From assembly GCA_964348695.1 (NCBI GenBank), contig CAYGDI010000001.1:159473-223472 (forward strand): a stretch of 64,000 nt of DNA. Direction: 5' to 3'. The position numbers and the translations under genes are program-made. The notes under the pieces were generated by a model. The model did not search any database. It had not been told where the DNA came from and saw nothing but the letters and a program-made list of their open reading frames with translations. Positions within the stretch are counted from its first letter, which is position 1, and every line of letters starts with the position of its first letter. The stretch comes from an uncultured Candidatus Saccharibacteria bacterium. GTDB taxonomy: Bacteria; Patescibacteriota; Saccharimonadia; Saccharimonadales; Saccharimonadaceae. Positions 17,925-28,002 of this stretch are shown here, piece by piece.

Positions 17925-20900
17925 GTCTTTTTCAAACTCTAAAACACCTTTGTACGTGTTCGGGTAGCTTGAAGTGTCAATAAATTCACAGTGCATGATG
18001 CACGACCAGACTTTTGTAACTAGTAATTTGAACTTTTCTAGATCATCTTGGGTAAAGTCTGCATCGAGTGAGACAAGTTTTTTACTCGCTGATGGTTCGA
18101 TAAAATCAAGGGTCAGTTTGCCGACGCGATAACCTTTGAAATCACGTGCATTTTCGATCAAAAGTTGGTAAAACATCAGTTGTTGTTTGTATTTGTGCAG
18201 CTTGATTTTTTCAAAATCAGTAGAGCCTTTCCAGCTCGTAGGTGGTTTGCCTGTTTTGTAATCAACCACATCTACTGTCTTGTCTACTCTAGTAACTTGC
18301 ATTAGATCTACAACTCCAGTGAGACGAGCTTCTCCACAAGTTGCGCCTTGGTGTGCGAAATTGAATTCGGCATCTTGTTGGGGGTCGAATGAATCATAAG
18401 AATGATCGAGATAGAAGCGCAGAGCGTCACTTCCTTTTTGTAGTTGCTGATTGTATTCGTGTTCGGGTAGGCGTGCACGTTTTAGGTATTTTTCGAAGTC
18501 ACCAACAACATCCTCTATCGGTCGTCGGTCACCTTCAGCCCGTAGATGTTGATGAGCGTTCTGTAGGGCGCTATGGACACTCGATCCAGTTGCAGCACTC
18601 GCTGACATACTTTTAGGAAAATGCAGTAGATTATTGAGTAGAAAGCCTTTTGGCCCACCTTCTGTAATGTCGATAAAATTGTTCAAATGGGTGGCGCTCA
18701 GTTGGTAATTCTTCAGTAATTTTACGAGTATTTCCTGCAAGGTTTTATCTTTGTTGATATCAACTGCCGCGTGCCAGGTATTCTCAGCTGCTTCTAGCTG
18801 TATATTGTGTGATTGTCCATCTGTCAGTTGCCATTTTTGATCTGATAAAAATTCTGCTTTCAGGCTTTTTTTGCCCGACAAACTTTGTTCGGATGATGAT
18901 ATATGCAAGTATTTTTTTGCACGAGTCATTGCGACAAAAAAGAGACGCAACTTGTCGTCGTAGCTATCACCAGAGAGTCCAATAGGCATATTTGTTGGGT
19001 AAGATAGTTTGTTCGAGGCCCCCCTGCTTTTACTGCCCCACACATCGTCATTTGCATGAAGTATATAGACTGCTTCAAACTCCAGACCTTTTGATTTGTG
19101 AGCTGTCATTACCTGTACAGCTCCCTCTATGGTTTCGGCTGAGTAATGATTTTTGAGCTGTATGCCCGCGCTCTTGGCGAGATCGCAATATGCAACAAAA
19201 TCGTCAAGTGCCAAGGTTTCCGTGGATCGGTATTGTCGAATAGTCGAACGAATAGTGGCTAGTGACTGTAGAAGCGTAATATACTCACCAGGGTTTTTAT
19301 GTATTTTTTTCTCTGAAAAATAGTATTCTTTTAGTGGTGAAGTGTATGTTTTGTCATGCTGGCTACCTAGTAGCATATCGAGACTCGTCTCTACAGTGAC
19401 TTCTGTACTGATCTTTGCCATGTCGAGCAACCACTCAGCTAGCGTGCTGATATGGTTTTCGTACCCAAGCATCGTCTCTAACCATTGTTCACGCTTCTTG
19501 TACGCATCCAAACTGATTTGCCACAGCTCACGAGGTGCAAGACCAAAAGCGGGGTGAGAAAGAATTTCTGGTAGTTGTTGGTCTATGTGTTGGATATCCC
19601 CTCGGGCTATTGATTGCACGACTCGAGCAAGTCTGATCAATATATCAACAACAGGACTCTCTAGTATATTCTCGTCATGCTCAAAACTAACCTTGATGTT
19701 TTTGTGATGGAGGTATGGCAAAAACGCAAGTATGTCTTTTTTGCCGCGTGCGAGCACTGCAATATCGTGCGGTTTCGTACCAGACGCAATCTTCTGTGCT
19801 ATATTTTCTGCAACGGCAAGAAACTCGGCTGCTTGAGTTTCGTACTCGGCAAAGTGGGTCTCTTTCCCGTTGCCAGCGCTATGCGCCAAAAGCTCTTTGT
19901 TGATTGATTCTATTTGCGTTTCGAGCCGATCAGAGCCTTGCACGATAACTTCACGAGAGGTGCTGAGTATGTGTTTGACACTCCTATAATTGTGTTTGAG
20001 CGTGATGATTTCAATGCCAGGTAAGTGTTTTTGAAAGTTTAGGATATTGCTAATCTCAGCGCCCTGAAAACTATAAATTGCTTGGTCGTCATCACCAACT
20101 ACCATGACATTCGGAGCGTCCCCAGTAGGTATGTTGATGAGGTTTTTTAGAATACGCATCTGAGCACCGTTGGTATCTTGGAACTCGTCGACCATTATGT
20201 ATTGGTATTTTTCCTGAATATTAAGACGCAGCTCGTGGTTGACGTCCAAACCAACTGCAACGCGCAGTATCATGTCGTCGTAATCGTACAGCTTTGCTTG
20301 ATGCATTGCATCTATGTAATCTTGGTACACGCTGCTAGCGGCAACTAGCACCACAAATCTTTTTTTGTCACGTAATACAAATTGCCCTTCGTTGTTTTTT
20401 TCGAGCCAGTTTGATTTCCACTGAGTGATTGCCGTAGTTTTTTGCGTTTCCTGAGCTGTTTGTACAGCATCTCGAAGCTGCTGTACGCAGACCGAGGCGA
20501 GAGGTTCTATGTTTGGTACATTTGTTGGTTCTGGTGTGTAGCGTGACAGTTTATCCAGGAAAGCGTCCAGGCCTGTGATGATTTTTTTGTCTATTCTTTC
20601 CGGCCAAAAATCTTGTAGTATCGGTTCAACGTATTCTATGAAGTCTAGTGAGTGACGCGCTGCGCGCTGGATCTCATCTGGAGTCATACCAGCACGTTTG
20701 AAGTCAGATATGCTCGCCTGTATCTTTTTCATATACGTATATTCATCGCCAATTTTTTTGTTGAGAGGGTCGTCGTGCGCTAGGTTGCGAAATATTTTGC
20801 GGAGTATCTCGTATGTAGACAGCTCGTCGGCAGGGCTAAAGTCTGCACCTCGGTAGAAAAAATCAGGGTTGTTGCTCATCACTTCACTACCAAAGCCGTG

Positions 20901-21173
20901 GAAAGTTTGGATTGCAACCCTATACGCATCCTGTCCGATTAGATCAATCAAGCGCTCCCGCATAGCACGAACGCCACTCTCGGTGTACGTTAGGCATAGA
21001 ATGTTGCTGGCATCCATGTCAGTAGAGCGCAATATGTTCGCTGTGCGCATGCTTAGAAGTTCAGTTTTGCCGGTACCTGGGCCAGCGATTACCATTAGGG
21101 GTCCCTCGATGTGATCAACAGCTTGCTTTTGGGCGCTATTTAGTGCGTCGTAGCGTTTTTTGTACTCTATCAT
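17907..21173 (-). CDS. UvrD/PcrA-family helicase fused to a C-terminal PD-(D/E)XK (RecB-like) nuclease
   Basis: 1088 aa. Walker A AGPGTGKT, DEFQDT, and later helicase motifs. C-terminus has VVDLM...VDVVDYKTGKP...QLMFYQLL, a RecB nuclease pattern. Confidence 0.88.
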   Translation of the reverse strand: MIEYKKRYDALNSAQKQAVDHIEGPLMVIAGPGTGKTELLSMRTANILRSTDMDASNILCLTYTESGVRAMRERLIDLIGQDAYRVAIQTFHGFGSEVMSNNPDFFYRGADFSPADELSTYEILRKIFRNLAHDDPLNKKIGDEYTYMKKIQASISDFKRAGMTPDEIQRAARHSLDFIEYVEPILQDFWPERIDKKIITGLDAFLDKLSRYTPEPTNVPNIEPLASVCVQQLRDAVQTAQETQKTTAITQWKSNWLEKNNEGQFVLRDKKRFVVLVAASSVYQDYIDAMHQAKLYDYDDMILRVAVGLDVNHELRLNIQEKYQYIMVDEFQDTNGAQMRILKNLINIPTGDAPNVMVVGDDDQAIYSFQGAEISNILNFQKHLPGIEIITLKHNYRSVKHILSTSREVIVQGSDRLETQIESINKELLAHSAGNGKETHFAEYETQAAEFLAVAENIAQKIASGTKPHDIAVLARGKKDILAFLPYLHHKNIKVSFEHDENILESPVVDILIRLARVVQSIARGDIQHIDQQLPEILSHPAFGLAPRELWQISLDAYKKREQWLETMLGYENHISTLAEWLLDMAKISTEVTVETSLDMLLGSQHDKTYTSPLKEYYFSEKKIHKNPGEYITLLQSLATIRSTIRQYRSTETLALDDFVAYCDLAKSAGIQLKNHYSAETIEGAVQVMTAHKSKGLEFEAVYILHANDDVWGSKSRGASNKLSYPTNMPIGLSGDSYDDKLRLFFVAMTRAKKYLHISSSEQSLSGKKSLKAEFLSDQKWQLTDGQSHNIQLEAAENTWHAAVDINKDKTLQEILVKLLKNYQLSATHLNNFIDITEGGPKGFLLNNLLHFPKSMSASAATGSSVHSALQNAHQHLRAEGDRRPIEDVVGDFEKYLKRARLPEHEYNQQLQKGSDALRFYLDHSYDSFDPQQDAEFNFAHQGATCGEARLTGVVDLMQVTRVDKTVDVVDYKTGKPPTSWKGSTDFEKIKLHKYKQQLMFYQLLIENARDFKGYRVGKLTLDFIEPSASKKLVSLDADFTQDDLEKFKLLVTKVWSCIMHCEFIDTSSYPNTYKGVLEFEKDLLSDK

Positions 21174-21196
21174 TACATATATTATATACTAGTACT

Positions 21197-21682
21197 ATGG
21201 ACGCAACCTATGACAAGCTAGCACTTGAAGGAGTCACTCGAGAAAAGTTCGGATTGCATACGGATATAAAACAGCTATTACTATGTGATGTACCGGTGAG
21301 TCATACTTCTACAGCCTCTGTTTTTTTGACAAAAAACAAACAATTGTATGTGTATATCAACGGCCAGGCTAGGCTGAGTCTCGGTGATATACGGAAAATT
21401 ATTACACGTATGGGTCTTGTACCGGAGCTTTTTTTACCTCCACGGGGCGAAGTGGATTATTTTAGTGAGTACGCTAGAGAAAAATTCAAAGAAGTATATC
21501 CAGGAAGATCACATGCTAGTGATTCGGATCTCGCTTACTACAAAACGTTGACGCCATATAGGCCAGCGCTTGTGCAAATCAACGAAGTCAAAGATGGTGT
21601 GATACGCCAATTTGATACTGATAGCTCACAAGGCTGGCGCCCGGCAAAGTCGTTTAGCTACAAAAGAATCAAGACTATTTAG
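21197..21682 (+). CDS. hypothetical protein
   Basis: 161 aa from the ATG at 21197. TATACT lies 6 nt upstream, which suggests a leaderless mRNA. Confidence 0.6.
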   Translation: MDATYDKLALEGVTREKFGLHTDIKQLLLCDVPVSHTSTASVFLTKNKQLYVYINGQARLSLGDIRKIITRMGLVPELFLPPRGEVDYFSEYAREKFKEVYPGRSHASDSDLAYYKTLTPYRPALVQINEVKDGVIRQFDTDSSQGWRPAKSFSYKRIKTI

Positions 21683-22202
21683 TTTTTGTCGTTTTGGTCT
21701 TTTTTTGTGTGTAGTTATTTTTGATCTGAAATAACAAGTAAAAACCAATCGCTGACCCTACTAGACTCATCAAAAAGCTCGGAAGACCGTATCCTACTAG
21801 AAAAATCTGCAGCACACCATAGGCAACATTCACGACACTGGCAAGAAACAGTAGATCCCAGCCTTTTTTTGATTTTTCTGATAGTGGTTTGTACGCCATC
21901 AAGAATATTGCGGCGTTTACTATTAGGAACCCTATACCAACATACAGCAAGATTTTGTCAGTTTGGCTATAGACAACTCCGTAACCGATAGATGCGCTGA
22001 GGTAATTGGCGGCTTCCAATATTCTGTTAGTTGATGTTACTGCACCCCATACTGTAAATGCTGCAGCGAGCTGGATGATCGCCAAAAAGAGCGCTAAATA
22101 TGGCCAGATTGACACAAGTGTGTCCTTGGCGTTTTTTGGTAGCTCTGGCAGATCCTTGAATAGTGGCTCTAGCTGAGCTTCTAGTTTATGTAATGTCTCC
22201 AT
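21675..22202 (-). CDS. hypothetical membrane protein (4 TM)
   Basis: 175 aa with hydrophobic segments and a Lys/Thr-rich tail. Confidence 0.6.
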   Translation of the reverse strand: METLHKLEAQLEPLFKDLPELPKNAKDTLVSIWPYLALFLAIIQLAAAFTVWGAVTSTNRILEAANYLSASIGYGVVYSQTDKILLYVGIGFLIVNAAIFLMAYKPLSEKSKKGWDLLFLASVVNVAYGVLQIFLVGYGLPSFLMSLVGSAIGFYLLFQIKNNYTQKKTKTTKTK

Positions 22203-22372
22203 AATTCCCCCGTCATGTTAGATTATCTACCTACAGCATACGCGCAAGGCAGAGACTATGCAATATGTTTTATGTAGTTATGTATACTTTTGGTATATAT
22301 CAAAAATTTGCACAAATACACAAAGTTGCTGTGGCAGAGGGGGCGCTGGTTGCACCCCCTCTGCTCCACAGA

Positions 22373-23398
22373 TTAGAGCTTCGGGTTGTTGCTTGAGAGC
22401 ACTGCAGTGATCCTGCTATTCGTTTCTGGGAAACGATAACTCTCTTCCTGCCCCTCTATCTCTAGAGGAATTGGTATGCTCACCCTTTGCTTGGAATGGA
22501 TGATGTCACTGATAGTCAGCGGCACCATGTCGGGGTTGAGTCTTTCGATCTCACCGAACAGATCACATGCCAGTGCTCTGCAGCGCCGGGAAAAGTCCTC
22601 GACCTTGTCCTGAGGGATTGTAGCCCACTCAGAGACAGGACTATGAGGACTGATGTAGGGCATGCAGAACGTAGCCTGGTGGCTGCTGTAAAACGGTGAC
22701 AGACGTTTACCGAGCTTGACACCCAGTACTTTGCCGCATCCTGGGACGAAGGGCAAAAAATCATGGTCGGGAACCCAGTCCAAAATTGGACCTAGTTCTC
22801 TGGCCACATGTACTGGTACACCGAGTGTTTCCTCGATCTCTTTCACAGGCGCTTTGCTGTAATTAAACCCAGCAACGATTCCTGCGATATTGACCCCGAC
22901 CTCCTGGAGGCCGCGTACGACATACTTCATGGTTTCACCCTTGAAGATGCCGTCTTCTGCGAGAACAACTGGTGTGTTTTGACCACGACTCTTGCTAAGA
23001 GCAGCGATATTGACGAACTGAGCATGCAGATCTTTGTGACCGGGACGAGGTCCTAGTCCAAGGGAATTGCCATAGATGTCAACCAGACGGTTGATCTGTA
23101 TGGATATTCCGTGTACAGACTGCTGTATCTCAGGGCAGGTGCTGACGACAAGAACGTTGTCTCCGTAGAGCTCATAAATCTCACCCAGAACTTCATCGGC
23201 GACATCACGCATCTTGAGACGCATAACCGGGGTGTCTGCCCCGATTGCACCCTGCAGTACGTTCGCGAGCTCATCTTGGATGGTCTCGATGAATTGACTG
23301 TCAGGTTCCGGAGTTTTGAGCCCCAGATGTCGTATCTTTATGACTTTTTCGCCCAGATCTTCTGTTAGAAGATATGAGCCCGATGGTTGAGCTGACAT
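22373..23398 (-). CDS. hypothetical protein with a phosphoribosyltransferase-like motif
   Basis: 341 aa. PVVLAEDGIFKGETMKYV resembles the type I PRTase PRPP loop. GC content is locally higher. Confidence 0.4.
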   Translation of the reverse strand: MSAQPSGSYLLTEDLGEKVIKIRHLGLKTPEPDSQFIETIQDELANVLQGAIGADTPVMRLKMRDVADEVLGEIYELYGDNVLVVSTCPEIQQSVHGISIQINRLVDIYGNSLGLGPRPGHKDLHAQFVNIAALSKSRGQNTPVVLAEDGIFKGETMKYVVRGLQEVGVNIAGIVAGFNYSKAPVKEIEETLGVPVHVARELGPILDWVPDHDFLPFVPGCGKVLGVKLGKRLSPFYSSHQATFCMPYISPHSPVSEWATIPQDKVEDFSRRCRALACDLFGEIERLNPDMVPLTISDIIHSKQRVSIPIPLEIEGQEESYRFPETNSRITAVLSSNNPKL

Positions 23399-23413
23399 AG
23401 GTTCGTTACCTAT

Positions 23414-24721
23414 CTATGGTCGAATGGACTGCGCCAGATCGGCGACAGAGACTGTCTCGTTCGAACCGGAATCCATGTCTTTGAGAGATACGGATTCTGC
23501 TTCTACTTCTCGCTCGCCAATCAGAACAACGTAACGAAAACCCATACGGTCCGCGTAACGCATTTTCTTCTTGACGGCGTTTGACTCTGTGTACAGCATG
23601 ACGCCAATACCTGCATCGCGAAGCGTCTTGGCAACGGAAAGCGCGTATTGGGTCTGGTCTTGGTCGATTGGCATCACTACAACGTCTACAGGACTCTGCT
23701 GGGTCGGTGTGATAACACCAATTTCACGGAGTTTGTAGAACAGTCGTGTGAGACCGATGGAGATACCAACTCCTGGAAGTTCGGTATTGGTGTAGTAGCT
23801 GGCAAGGTCGTCGTAACGACCGCCAGAACACACACTGCCGACTTCTGGGTGATCGTCAAGAATTGTTTCGTACACAGTGCCTGTGTAGTAGTCCAATCCT
23901 CGGGCGATCTTGAGGTCAATCTTGAACCGTGATTCAGGCACACCCATGACTCGCAGAGCTTGGATAAGCGCTGTGAGTTTGGAGACGCCTTCTTCGAACA
24001 GTTCTGATTGGATGTTGAGTCCGCTGAGCTTGCCGAGTATCTCGTCGTTGTTTCCAGCGATTGCTGTGAAATCAATGACTTGATCGATCTGCTCGTTGGA
24101 CAGTCCGAGCTCGGAGAGTTCGGCGACAACATCCTCTCGACTGATCTTCTCCATCTTGTCGATGATCCGAAGAACATTTGCTGACTGTTCTTTCAAGCCA
24201 ATTCCCTCGAAGAATCCGTTGAGGACTCGACGATCATTCAGACGAATTGTGAACTCGCCAAAATTGAACTGCTCGAAAATCTCGTTGATGATCGCCGGAA
24301 ATTCGGCGTCAACGATTGCACTGTTTGATCCGATGATGTCGATGTCACACTGGTAGAACTCGCGAAAACGACCCGCTTGGGTGCGCTCACCGCGGTGGAC
24401 TTTGCCAATGTGGTAACGACGGAACGGAAATGTCAATGCACTTTCGTGCTGTGCTGTGTACCGTGCGAGCGGGACGGTCAGATCAAAGCGAAGGCTGAGA
24501 TCGTTGCGTCCGTGGTCAAATCGGTACACCTGTTGTTCTGTTTCACCGCCTCCTTTTGCGAGCAACACCTCTGACAATTCAATGTCAGGCGTGTCGATCG
24601 GCGAGAATCCGTGCAGTTCGTATGTTGCACGAATGATGTCCATCAATCGATTGAACTCGAGTTGTTCCCCTGGTAGATATTCACCAAAGCCACTCGGTGT
24701 TCGTGGTTTGACTAGTGTCAT
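23414..24721 (-). CDS. hisS: histidyl-tRNA synthetase
   Basis: 435 aa with class II motifs (FRYERPQ-like FRRYHIGKVHRGERTQAGRFREFYQCD, GGRYD, RGLDYYTG) plus an anticodon-binding domain. Confidence 0.9.
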   Translation of the reverse strand: MTLVKPRTPSGFGEYLPGEQLEFNRLMDIIRATYELHGFSPIDTPDIELSEVLLAKGGGETEQQVYRFDHGRNDLSLRFDLTVPLARYTAQHESALTFPFRRYHIGKVHRGERTQAGRFREFYQCDIDIIGSNSAIVDAEFPAIINEIFEQFNFGEFTIRLNDRRVLNGFFEGIGLKEQSANVLRIIDKMEKISREDVVAELSELGLSNEQIDQVIDFTAIAGNNDEILGKLSGLNIQSELFEEGVSKLTALIQALRVMGVPESRFKIDLKIARGLDYYTGTVYETILDDHPEVGSVCSGGRYDDLASYYTNTELPGVGISIGLTRLFYKLREIGVITPTQQSPVDVVVMPIDQDQTQYALSVAKTLRDAGIGVMLYTESNAVKKKMRYADRMGFRYVVLIGEREVEAESVSLKDMDSGSNETVSVADLAQSIRP

Positions 24722-24916
24722 TATTCCTCTCTTTTTAATCTGCGATGAGCCATTTCCCTGATGAGGGAGATGGCCTCCCTAGGGATGGCCCATTGCGTGA
24801 ATAATAAATTAAATTTTGTGATTTGTCAAATATGAATTATGAAAAGTAAATTCAGATATTATTCATTTAGTATATCATTTTTTTACTCCGATGCGTGTTT
24901 TTGTCTTGGTATAAAA

Positions 24917-25240
24917 TCAGGCATCTATTTTGGCAAAAAAACAGCTTTTGGTGCCAGTATGGCAGCATACGCCATCACCTTCGATTGTGACTTTTGCTAG
25001 TACGCTATCGGCGTCGCAGTCAGCCGTTAGTTCGTTGACCTTGAGTTTATTACCCGACGTCTCACCTTTCATCCAGAGTGACTGGCGTGTTCTACTCCAA
25101 AAATACATGTAGCCAGTCTCCAAGGTTTTTTGGTAGGCTTCTTTGTTCATAAACCCAAGCATTAGTACTTCGTCTGTAGTGGTATCTTGAACGACTACAG
25201 GAACAAGGCCACTAAGTTTTTCAAAATCAAGCTGTGTCAT
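24917..25240 (-). CDS. hisI: phosphoribosyl-AMP cyclohydrolase
   Basis: 107 aa from the internal ATG: GLVPVVVQD...MLGFMNKEAY...FWSRTRQSLWMKGETSGN...DCDADSVL...CHTG. Confidence 0.88.
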   Translation of the reverse strand: MTQLDFEKLSGLVPVVVQDTTTDEVLMLGFMNKEAYQKTLETGYMYFWSRTRQSLWMKGETSGNKLKVNELTADCDADSVLAKVTIEGDGVCCHTGTKSCFFAKIDA

Positions 25241-25297
25241 ACTATCTATTCTATCATTTGCACAAACAATACACGTAGGTGTATAGTACAAAGCACT

Positions 25298-26011
25298 ATG
25301 AGTGTGAATGTACAATCAATCAATCACATGAGGTTCAATAGTGACGATTACGAAAAGTATCGTGATGAACTAGTGCAAAAAGTGAGGGAGACTTTGGCGC
25401 ATAACGCTATTAGATTTGTCTTGGGTATAACGGGCGATGGTGGTGATGATCATCTCCGTGAAGCTGAAGCTGCTGTCGACGGCTTTGTCGAGGGGGTTAG
25501 GGGTCAGGGATACGCTATTTTGACAGGTGGCACCGAGGGAGGCATACCTCAACTCGGAGTTGAAGTTGCTCAAAAATACGGTGTTCCAACAATTGGTGTA
25601 TTTCCTCGTCAGGGAAACAAGTATGCCCTTTTTGATGACCTAGATCTTGCTGTAGAGACAACTCAACCAGACATTGGTGATGGAAATTTTGGCACAGAAA
25701 CTCCTTCGTTTGTAAACCTGCTAGACGGCGCAGCTGTTATAGGTGGTAGCTACGGTACGCTCGTCGAAGCGAGCACTATACTAAAAGTAAACACAAAACG
25801 TATATCAGACAAAGAAAAAGGCAAAGACACGCCTGAGCCTATTTTCCTAGCACCTATTATTGGTACAGGAGGAGCGGCAGACCACATTTATGAAGTTGCA
25901 AGAGTCTTTGCTCGAGGAGCTGAACAGTGTTTGCCAGAAGTAGATGAGCCAGTCATGACTGGTGCAGATGCGGCGCGATTTTTGCGACGCAAACTCGAGA
26001 CTCAACCGTAA
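25298..26011 (+). CDS. LOG/SLOG-superfamily Rossmann-fold protein (TIGR00725-like)
   Basis: ILTGGTEGGIPQLG...IGGSYGTLVE pattern. TATAGT lies 10 nt upstream of the ATG. The start is uncertain (alternative 25328). Confidence 0.55.
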   Translation: MSVNVQSINHMRFNSDDYEKYRDELVQKVRETLAHNAIRFVLGITGDGGDDHLREAEAAVDGFVEGVRGQGYAILTGGTEGGIPQLGVEVAQKYGVPTIGVFPRQGNKYALFDDLDLAVETTQPDIGDGNFGTETPSFVNLLDGAAVIGGSYGTLVEASTILKVNTKRISDKEKGKDTPEPIFLAPIIGTGGAADHIYEVARVFARGAEQCLPEVDEPVMTGADAARFLRRKLETQP

Positions 26012-26014
26012 TGT

Positions 26015-26557
26015 TTATTGATATTTTTTGCAGTATTTGGCAGCTTCGCGTAGCGCGATTTTGACTGCTTGTTCTGGGTTTTCGGCACCGTGAGTGAGTT
26101 GACGCTGACGTTCGTCGAGGTAGGTATCGGCAAGTTTATCTGACCACCCGCCGTAGCCTTTTAGGACAACGATCGGTATATCAGCTTGGTAAGCAATAGC
26201 TAATTCTGTGAGAGTGCCCGAACCACCACTAATGGCAATCACCACATCACATGCTGTCACCAAAACAGTTTCTCGTCCGCCACCTCGTTCTAGTCCACAA
26301 GGAATAATGACATCTGCTCCATGTTGCCAGACATCTTTTCCTTTTCCGTAGGTCACGCCTACAGTTAGTCCGCCTGCGTCTTTTGCACCGCGAAAAGCTG
26401 CAGTTGAGAGAGAATCACTATCTTTTTCCGCACCAAACAACAAGGTAGCATTATGTTTTGCTATGAACGTGCCTATTTCGTATGCGGCATTTTCAGCTGT
26501 TTTTGCATACTGCAAGTCTGCAGCAGAACCCATGACGCCGATTTGTAATTTTCTCAT
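26015..26557 (-). CDS. LOG-family / TIGR00725-like protein
   Basis: 180 aa with IGVMGS...LLFGAEKD...AISGGSGTLTE. Its ATG overlaps the hisE stop (ATGA) and follows AAGGAG. Confidence 0.7.
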   Translation of the reverse strand: MRKLQIGVMGSAADLQYAKTAENAAYEIGTFIAKHNATLLFGAEKDSDSLSTAAFRGAKDAGGLTVGVTYGKGKDVWQHGADVIIPCGLERGGGRETVLVTACDVVIAISGGSGTLTELAIAYQADIPIVVLKGYGGWSDKLADTYLDERQRQLTHGAENPEQAVKIALREAAKYCKKYQ

Positions 26558-26859
26558 GATGAAACTCCTTTTGTGTTGGTCTTTTCAGCATGTCTTTCTG
26601 CGAGCTTTTGCTCGATCTCATCGATAGTGATATCTTTTGCTGCTAGAAGTACAAGCAGGTGGTAATATAGGTCGGCGACTTCTCCTACGAATTCAGTTCG
26701 GTCTTTGTTCTTTGCAGCTATCACGACTTCAACTGATTCCTCACCTACTTTTTGGATAATTCTATCTAGCCCATCTGCAAAAAGTGAAGATGTATATGAC
26801 TGAGAGTTCGCATTGTTTTTACGGCTGATAATGATATCGTACAATTCTTTTGTTGTCAT
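26554..26859 (-). CDS. hisE: phosphoribosyl-ATP pyrophosphatase
   Basis: SYTSSLFADGLDRIIQKVGEESVEVVIAAKN...EVADLYYHLLVLL, a MazG-like HisE signature. Start chosen after AGGGAG. Confidence 0.85.
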   Translation of the reverse strand: MTTKELYDIIISRKNNANSQSYTSSLFADGLDRIIQKVGEESVEVVIAAKNKDRTEFVGEVADLYYHLLVLLAAKDITIDEIEQKLAERHAEKTNTKGVSS

Positions 26860-26869
26860 AGTCATCTCC

Positions 26870-27748
26870 CTACGCAATCATTTTCTCAATCGGTAATACT
26901 AGTATTCCTTCGGCTCCGAGAGCTTTTAGGTCGTTTGCAACTTCCCAAAAAGTACTTTCTTCCATGACGGCGTGAATAGCTACCCAGTCAGGTCGGGTTA
27001 GTTCCATGACGGTTGGTGCGGACAATCCTGGAGCGATTTTTTTAATATCTTCCAGACTGGTTTTTGGTGCATTCATCATGATGTATTTTTGGCTTTTGGC
27101 TGCTATAACGCCTTCGAGACGAGTAATCATCTGAGTGACAAGCTCTTGTTTGGCTTTGGAAAGTTTTTTGCCACTCTCGATCATGACAGCTTCGGTCTCC
27201 ATGATAGTATCTAGTCGACGAAGATCATTGAGGAGTAGTGTGCTGCCTGTACCTGAAATGTCGGTAATTGCATCGGCAACACCTAGTGCTGGCGTGATCT
27301 CGACAGCGCCTGCGATGAGGGTGATTTCGACGTCAACACCGTGTTTTTTGAAATATTCGCGCGTAATATTTGGAAAAGAGGTTGCGATCTTTTTGCCTTG
27401 GAGATCTTGTATAGTGCGAAACTTTGATTCTTTTGGTACAGCTACTGCGATCTGGCAGTAACCAAACCCTGGGCGTATGAGTTCTTTTGCTTCGACATTC
27501 GCCTCTTTTAGTATGTTTTGACCTACGATACCGATATCAGCGATACCGCTCTGCACGTAACCAGGAATATCATCATCTCGACAGAACAGCACCTCGACCG
27601 GAAAATTCCGACATGTTGCGAACAATCGTCGGCTATACGATTCTAGGTCAAGTCCCATCAGGCGCAGCGCTTCCAGGGATCCATCTGTCAAGCGTCCGTC
27701 TTTTTGAATAGCGATTTTTAAGTTTTTTTCCTCGAGCCTTTTTTCCAT
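26870..27748 (-). CDS. hisG: ATP phosphoribosyltransferase (long form)
   Basis: 292 aa with LKIAIQKDGRL, DIGIVGQN and the C-terminal regulatory domain. Confidence 0.9.
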   Translation of the reverse strand: MEKRLEEKNLKIAIQKDGRLTDGSLEALRLMGLDLESYSRRLFATCRNFPVEVLFCRDDDIPGYVQSGIADIGIVGQNILKEANVEAKELIRPGFGYCQIAVAVPKESKFRTIQDLQGKKIATSFPNITREYFKKHGVDVEITLIAGAVEITPALGVADAITDISGTGSTLLLNDLRRLDTIMETEAVMIESGKKLSKAKQELVTQMITRLEGVIAAKSQKYIMMNAPKTSLEDIKKIAPGLSAPTVMELTRPDWVAIHAVMEESTFWEVANDLKALGAEGILVLPIEKMIA

Positions 27749-27996
27749 ATGGGTTCTCCTCTAGATTTACAAATAATAAAAAAATATATGTTTTTTCTAA
27801 GGAACGAAAGGTTTGAATTAAAAAAAGACCTTCCGCGGTCCCATCCTTATTCCAACTTGTATTGCTACAAAAAGGCTCTTGGCACCGGCTCTACGCATGA
27901 CGCGATTTCGGTTGCTCTATTTTACGGCTAAGCTACCGTAGCGTATTTTGACGCTCAGCTCGTTCCGTCGTGACTGGAACTCAAACGCTTTATGTA
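27749..27996 (-). promoter_or_regulatory. T-box-like leader upstream of hisG
   Basis: Minus strand reads AAUAAGGAUGGGACCGCGG (27833-27851) against the remembered T-box consensus AAUUAGGGUGGNACCGCG. A U7 tract follows. The variable N is G, which would pair with the C73 discriminator of tRNA-His. Confidence 0.5.
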
Positions 27997-28002
27997 GTTC
28001 TA

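Noticed and set aside
22320-22372. GC-rich inverted repeats (22320-22372, 40335-40375, 59379-59407) considered as a dispersed REP-like repeat family
   Set aside because: They share only the general form of a G/C-rich stem at gene ends, with no common core sequence that I could align. They are most simply gene-end hairpins or terminators.
24758-24779. Hammerhead-like CUGAUGA followed by a perfect GGGAG-AUGGC-CUCCC hairpin (plus strand)
   Set aside because: The obligatory GAAA after stem II is missing (UAGGGA instead), and no stem I/III partners are present. It is the antisense of the hisS leader.
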